A stretch of 64,000 nucleotides of DNA from Eledone cirrhosa (lineage: Eukaryota): NCBI GenBank assembly GCA_964016885.1, contig OZ024743.1, positions 335,916,001 through 335,980,000 of the forward strand, in the 5' to 3' direction. Each line of letters starts with the position of its first letter. The stretch's first letter is position 1. A program made the position numbers and the translations under genes. Under the pieces are notes generated by a model. The model was given only the letters and a program-made list of their open reading frames with translations, searched no databases and had not been told where the DNA came from. Positions 57,218-64,000 of the stretch are shown here, piece by piece.

Positions 57218-57976
57218 TCGAGAATCTAATTGTAATACGTGACGTATTCTATTCTATAGCGATTAGGTCTTCAAAATGTTTATTATAAACATACAGAATA
57301 TTTTCGAATATTCTATGTCTATATTCACATATATATCGCTATTTCAGAGCATTTATTCCAATTTCTAATTTCTGCCGGACCGGCAACCGCTCTTTCAAAC
57401 CAGTTCCTGTACACAGCTAAGTATTCTATAAGTCTCTAGCTGTGTCATTCTCGATAAAAGCACTGGATATGTAGTCCTGATGATTTCTAACGAGAATGAA
57501 ACGCGTAGATTACTTCCCTTGCTTTTATCGAGAATCTAATTGTAATACGTGACGTATTCTATTCTATAGCGATTAGGTCTTCAAAATGTTTATTATAAAC
57601 ATACAGAATATTTTCGAATATTCTATGTCTATATTCACATATATATCGCTATTTCAGAGCATTTATTCCAATTTCTAATTTCTGCCGGACCGGCAACCGC
57701 TCTTTCAAACCAGTTCCTGTACACAGCTAAGTATTCTATAAGTCTCTAGCTGTGTCATTCTCGATAAAAGCACTGGATATGTAGTCCTGATGATTTCTAA
57801 CGAGAATGAAACGCGTAGATTACTTCCCTTGCTTTTATCGAGAATCTAATTGTAATACGTGACGTATTCTATTCTATAGCTATTAGGTCTTCAAAATGTT
57901 TATTATAAACATACAGAATATTTTCGAATATTCTATGTCTATATTCACATATATATCGCTATTTCAGAGCATTTAT

Positions 57977-57982
<6 letters not shown>
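57217..57982 (+). repeat. Inverted ~2.5 copies of the same 310-bp unit (hammerheads at 57471-57513 and 57781-57823)
   Basis: Reverse complement of the array; atcgagaatc at 57217, 57527, 57837; one substitution seen at 57881. Confidence 0.95.
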
Positions 57983-58034
<52 letters not shown>

Positions 58035-58070
<36 letters not shown>

Positions 58071-58505
58071 GTATATGTGTTTGTATATGTTTGTATATGT
58101 GTATATTTATATATGTGTGTGTGCATGTGAATGTGTCTGTAGACACCTGAAATATAGCTTAAGAGAAACATGACAATAAGGACAGGCACCCAATGTTTGT
58201 ACTTGTTTATGGAATTCTCTCTGCCTTTGTCACTCTATGTAGAGCTTTAAAGAATTAGCTTTTAAAGAATTTCCCTTTTCTTTCAACCAATGACCTCCAC
58301 CCTCACACTCCCCACCCTCTCCTACCACCAGAAAAGATATAAATACCACCATATTTACTTGGGCAGTCAGATTCCTGATGATTTCTCAAGAATGAAACAG
58401 TTCTAGTCCTGTAGAATTTCATCTATATTAAAACTTTTACACTCTGCTATGTATTGAGTACCTTACTCACTGTGGTTCCCTCCGATCAACCCGGAATAAC
58501 TTACC
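58035..58505 (+). mobile_element. Hammerhead-bearing element, right arm with 3' tail
   Basis: Inverted partner of 48250-48670; tail atgtattgagtacctta..ctgtggtt resembles 39604-39640. Confidence 0.78.
58369..58419 (+). ncRNA. Type I hammerhead ribozyme with monomeric stem III
   Basis: attc-CTGATGA-t-ttct-ca-agaa-t-GAAA-cag-ttctagtc-ctg-TA-gaat. Confidence 0.82.
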
Positions 58506-58511
58506 TATATA

Positions 58512-61500
58512 TATGATGGCTGCAATCTCTGCCAAGAGTATTGCAATCGCTTGTCAGATTCAGATGTGGGACGCTCGGATATGGCTTTTCAAGCCTGCTA
58601 GAGACTTGCACTCCTTCACAGACTGACGACAACTATCGATCTCGCTTGCTTGAGGTCCTTCACCAGGTTGCTCGTGAACCCTCACAACACCGTGAAGATC
58701 ATAGTTAACTGGTTCTCTTTGAACATGGCTGCGAATGTAGCTCCTGAGACCGGATTGGCTCGAGCAAATTTTTCCACACTCAAGGCACTTCAATTGAATG
58801 GAGACACCGATCGTTTCGAGAGATACACCAGGACATTTGCTTCGCACATCCCGTTTGATCTTCTCGTTCTCTATGCATCGGTCCTCTAAATTATGGACCC
58901 CACAATTCACCATTCCACGCCAAGTTTCTCTTTCAAGAGCTTCTATCTCCCATTCAGCCATCATCAAACCGGTTTTTTTCAATGAGTCCTTTACACAATC
59001 ATTAAATCGGAGCTTTGGTTTGTAAGGTTGTATCTTACCCTCACAAAGCTCCCCATACAAGAGTTGTTTTGGGATTCGATCATCTTCCATTCTGCAGAGA
59101 TGTCCGGTCCATCGCAAACGCCGTTGGTGGATGATACTCTCAATGCTCCGACACTCACCTCTCTCAAGGACCTCAACATTACTCACATGCATCTGCCACT
59201 TGATACCGAGCATTTTTCTGAGACACTGCTGGTGAAATCGTTCCAGTCCTGTGGATATGCGTTTTTAGGCAACCCATGTATCACATGTATACAGCAAAGC
59301 TGACAGTACATATGCAGCATACACTCTCACCTTGGTCCTCATTGTGATTCCTTGCCTGCACCAAAGACGGTGGTTGAGCCTTCCAAATGACTCATTTGCC
59401 TTACTAACACGTAGACCAACTTCTGCATCCAGAGAGCAGGTCACACTCAGAGTACTCCCCAAATACACAAATGTGTCAGCAGCCTTCAGCTTTTGACCGT
59501 ATACGTGTATGGAGATTTCATTGGAAACTTTATCCGCAGCAGGTTGGTACATGACGACATTCTTCTTCAGACTGATTGTCAGTCCCAAAGCACTGCACGT
59601 ATTGGAAAAAGAATCCATAAGGTGCTGCATGTCACTCTGGGAGTGTGCAAAGAGATCACAATCATCTGCATATAAATATATCCTCTGATCAAGGTACTTA
59701 GTACCTTGGTGTTGGCAGTGAGACGCCTAAGGTTAAACAGCTTGCCGGAAGTGCGATATCTGAGATAGATACCGTGTTGACAATCCTTAAATGCCATGAA
59801 GAACACCATCGCGAAATACAAGGCAAACAAAGTTGGTGCAGGTATATCATCCTGCTTGACACCATTTTCAACCGAGATTGGCTCAGACAGTTTACCTCCA
59901 ACATTCACCCATGCCTGCATGTCATCGTGGAAGAGTTTCAGAATGTTCACAAACTTTTCACGACAGCCCAATCTCTCCAAAATAACCCACAAAGCTTTCC
60001 GATTAACGGTGTCAAATGCCTTGGTCAGATCGACAAAAACTTGGTATATGTCCATGCGCTGCTCAATGCATTTCTCTTGAAGTTGCTTGGCCGAGAAGAT
60101 CATGTCAGCAGTGCCTCTGCCATTCCTAAAACCACATTGTGACTCAGGAAGTACCTCAACAGAAATGTGATGTATCAATCTGTCCAACAATATCCTGCAC
60201 AAGATCTTCCCATCCACAGATAGCAGTGAAACACCTCTGTAGTTGCCACAACCATCTTTGGCTCCCTTTCCTTTGTAAAGTACCACCATCAATGCATCTT
60301 TCCAATCCTGTGGTACATCTTCATTACAAACATTCACAAAGAGATCAGTGAGACGGTTTAAGAAGCTATCACCAGCACACTTGAAAATCTCGGCCCTCAG
60401 TCCATCCATTCCAGGTGACCTGCCGCTGTTAAATTTGGCAATGGCCTTCGCCACCTCATCAAATGAAGGAGGATCAGCCATTTCCAGCTCTGTAGGTCTG
60501 GATGGAATCGACCAGATGAACTCATCATCAATTTCTGATGGTCTTTTGAAAAGCTCATCAAAGCGGTCATGCCACCTGATCATGATTTCATTCGGATCTC
60601 TGAGCAATTCCTTGCCGTCCCCGGAGCGAAGTGGTGATATTTGTCAACCCGTCGGACCATACACCTCCCTGAGCAGATTGTATAGGAGCTTTGTATCATG
60701 TCTATCTGAGGCCTTCTGGATTTCATCAGCCTTTTGGCTCCACCACGTATCCTGCATGGCTCTCAATCGATGTTGCACACGTGCCTTTATCTGCCGCCTG
60801 AAGGTCCGGTCACACCTGTCAGAACGTGTCTCACACAACAATGATGTCAGCACATTATCCGATCATTGAATCTACAAGGAATATTTTCCAACTTTGAGAC
60901 GATTCCATTCCTGACTACAAATGCGACCCCTGCCTCTCTCCTACAACCCTCTGCTCCACCACTCCAATAGAAAGTATATCCCGCCTTATGTTCTGTGAAT
61001 TGACCCTCACCTGCCAATTCGTTTCTGAAAGAGCAGCGATGTCCATGTTATAGCGATCGAGTTCCCTCGACACCAAAGCAGATCTTCTTTCAGGGCGAGT
61101 TTTACTGGACTGGGAATCCAGCAAAGTTCTTACATTCCAACATCCAATATTCAGAGGTTTGAACCTCCTTGCAGTTGTAGGATGACGACCGGGCACACGC
61201 TGCGGTACCATGGGACACCTGCCGGGCCAGACCCCTTCACAATAAGTTCCATAGCCCTTACTGCCATTGACCTCAAGGTTATCATCTCTCATCATAGAGT
61301 TTGGCGCACTTTTAGGCTACAGCCAGCCACACAAACCTGTAACAGATCCTGAACAAGCGATGCCTGTGCTTTGAAGGTTTTTTTAAGTGGGGAAAGGCCT
61401 TGCACGCGACCAATCCCACTCTCTGAGCATCGAAAACACTACCCGAAAAGGAGAACTGGTCAATATTATCGGATGCTTCCAAAGCCGCAGGTTCTTTTTC

Positions 61501-61560
61501 AGAGTTTCCCTCTCCTAGAAAGGTATTGTGACAACAACAGGGGGAAACATTCATTGAATG
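58512..61560 (-). mobile_element. RTE-BovB-like LINE, largely complete but decayed with an internal deletion
   Basis: Endonuclease start LNIGCWNVRTL..DIAALSET (60915-61295); RT SPGMDG, NYRGVSLL, QCGFR, FVDLTKAFD, GVKQ (59579-60607); RLRWTGH..RIPKQLLYG and C2H2 fingers (58560-59213). Confidence 0.92.
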
Positions 61561-61569
61561 TTCGGAATG

Positions 61570-62300
61570 AGGGTCGGACGCCATGCTTTATAGCAAAGAG
61601 TTACGGCCCTTTATGATCTAAGTTCAAATCCCGCCGAAGTTAACTTTGCCTTTCATCCTTACGGGGTCGATAAAATAAATTACCAGTCATGCACTGGGCA
61701 ATTACTGGCCTTGTGCCAAAAGTAGAAATAATTATTAGGTGGATTGGCAGTAATCGGTAGAGCGTCGGATAACATGCTTTGCGGCATATAGTTCACCCTT
61801 TTACGTTCTGAGTTCAAATGCCGCCGAAGTTAACATTGCCTTTTATTCTTACGGGGTCAATAAAAGGAAGTACCAGTAACTTACTCGGGTCAATTTAATC
61901 GACTTTGCTCAAAAATAATTGTTGGCCCTTTATTTCTGAGTTCAAATCCCGATGAGGTTAACTTTGCCTTTCATCCTTAGAATATTGATAGAATAAAATA
62001 CCAGTAACATAACGGGGTCGATTTAATTGACTTCTCTCTCATTTCCAAATGGTCCAATGCATAAATTGGTTTCTGTTATTCTTCTCTACATTATTTAGTG
62101 GGTTAGCAGTATCGCTAAAGCGTGGGACACCATGCTTCGTGGCTCTTTACGTTCTGATTTCAAAACTCGTCAAGGTTAGCTTTGCGTTTCATCCTTACGG
62201 GGGTCGATAAAATAAAGTACCAGTTTAGCACTTGGGTTGATTTAATTGAATCCCCCCACCTCCGCAAAAAAATGTTTGTCCTTGTGCCTAAACCAAAAAC
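61570..62300 (+). mobile_element. Cluster of four tRNA-derived SINE copies
   Basis: Core gcctttcatccttacggggtcgataaa or variants at about 61650, 61840, 61965 and 62185. Confidence 0.85.
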
Positions 62301-62302
62301 CA

Positions 62303-62510
62303 TTCTTCTTCTTCTTCTTCTTCTTCTTCTTCTTCTTCTTCTTCTTCTTCTTCTTCTTCTTCTTCTTCTTCTTCTTCTTCTTCTTCTTCCTGAGAGGGTC
62401 GTGGGGGCAAATTCCTCAAACACCCCTTCCAGCGGGTCCTGTCACAAGCAACCTTGTCCAACTGTTGCGGCTGGATCCCCAAGCAAGACCAGCCAAGCTC
62501 ATAGATGTTG
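62303..62510 (-). mobile_element. RTE-like 3' stub with (GAA)n tail
   Basis: LDKVACDRTRWK resembles the A.DR..W terminal RTE motif and is followed by (GAA)n. Confidence 0.55.
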
Positions 62511-63442
62511 AAAAAAAAATAGTATTTTCTTTAATTATCTGTCCTTATGTCATGTCTCATGAGAGAATGTAACACAGACATACGGAAGAGCTCAGTATTA
62601 TTGTCGAATAGTTTCGAGTGATGTAAGTTTTTAACCTACGAATAAACAAGTCATTATTTTCAGCTCATATAATGTTTTTGAATTAATACTTTTGGCTGGA
62701 TTTACAAATAAAATCCTATGAATATAGCGTGCCAATTTTGAATCATTACATACATTGCTTTAACTAGCTTTCCGTTTCTAATAAAACAACATCCTCTTGT
62801 GCTATTGATGCTTATTACTTTTAACTAAATTCAAGAATTTAGTGCAATTATGTTCAAGATTTAGCTGCATATAATTGAGTTAGTCGAGGTCATTACTTTA
62901 ATAATACATTATTCACTAAATCACGCTGAATTTTCGCTCTTTGGCAGCGATGATAAGTGGTGGCCGTCAAATTTAACATAGATGGTACTAAATCATCAAA
63001 GGATATGTCATTCACTTGTACAGATCGTTTTGAAGAATTTTATTAACACGATGTACTCTAAATGCTCTTAAGAACCTTTCAGTGTTATTCAAGTCTGATG
63101 CTGCTAAAAGGTTAATACATGACAGTTTTTATCTGTGGAGTAATAAAATGTGAAGCCAAGTAAATACAAGCCGAGTATAAATAAGGAAAGAGCCGTCGTC
63201 TATTTATTCAATCAATCTCATAGCTTCAGCAGAGTTGTCTTGGCAAACGTTCTTGGCAGACAATCAAAAAACACGCTTCTGATGTATAACGTCTAGGACA
63301 ATGGCTTTGATATTTGCTGAATAATATTTAAAAGTGTGTATAAACAAATACATACATACATACATACGTACGTACATACATACGTACGTACGTACATACA
63401 TACATACATACATACATACATACATACATACATACATACATA

Positions 63443-64000
63443 ACCAAGAAGAGTAAAGAAAATGTGATCATCAGAACTGTCAGCGTACAACAAATACATT
63501 GCCCAACATACATATGCTGTGCGAATTCTAACGCCAACATTTGGCCTGCTGAACTGGTCATTGCAAGAACTAAGTGAGATGGATGTTAGAACTCGAAAAC
63601 TTCTCAGTGTTACTGGGAACTTTAACATCAATGGTGATGTGGATAGGCTATACTTCTCACGCAAGCAAGGTGGCCGGGGTCTAAAATCAATATTAACAAC
63701 ATATGAGACCCGGATAGTAACACTGAAGCAACACCTTTAACAGAGGAAAAAGGTTGACAACCACCTTGCCCAGGTTTATGAGCATGAAAAAAACAAATCA
63801 TTAGAATAGCGACTGATCTGGAGGAGAGATATGGAATAAAGCCTGATATAAATCTCTCACCCAGAAAAATCGGAAGATCCTATTCAATTTTCAAACAAGA
63901 TAAAAAAATTGACCAATTTACGAAAAAGTTGTGCATGGATACTTGAGACGTAAAACACAGACCATAGAGGGGATAAACCACTCAAAAAGCCTGGCATGGA
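63443..64000 (+). mobile_element. 5'-truncated R4/Dong-like LINE starting after (CATA)n; continues past the window
   Basis: ILTPTFGLLNWS..MDVRTRKLL..DVDRLY.SRKQGGRGL, homologous to 30445-30723. Confidence 0.85.

Noticed and set aside
53121-57982. CRISPR array or protein-coding repeat
   Set aside because: Units are identical over the full 310 bp with no variable spacers. The period is not a multiple of 3, there is no long ORF and there are no cas genes.

Overview
Eukaryotic, repeat-saturated DNA with no recognisable host gene. The tRNA-derived SINEs, RTE/R4/Penelope content and dense (TA)n/(CATA)n/(GATA)n tracts suggest a mollusc, probably an octopus (inference). Positions 1-16.8 kb hold three decayed, full-length Tx1/L1-clade LINEs head-to-tail on the minus strand, joined through (GATA)n. 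The rest contains R4/Dong-like fragments that always sit in (CATA)n, RTE LINEs, CRE, Chapaev and Helitron remnants, many SINEs, and Penelope-like fold-back insertions in (TA)n. The main result is at 53121-57982: about 13.3 apparently identical head-to-tail 310-bp units plus about 2.5 inverted units. Each unit carries a complete minimal type I hammerhead ribozyme with palindromic stem III, which is the architecture of a non-LTR retrozyme or circRNA-derived concatemer. At least six other hammerhead-bearing families occur in the window. Several share an unusual U.U pair at the base of stem II, and several fold-back palindromes are centred on the position of hammerhead stem II. All structures were read by eye; no folding or database search was run.
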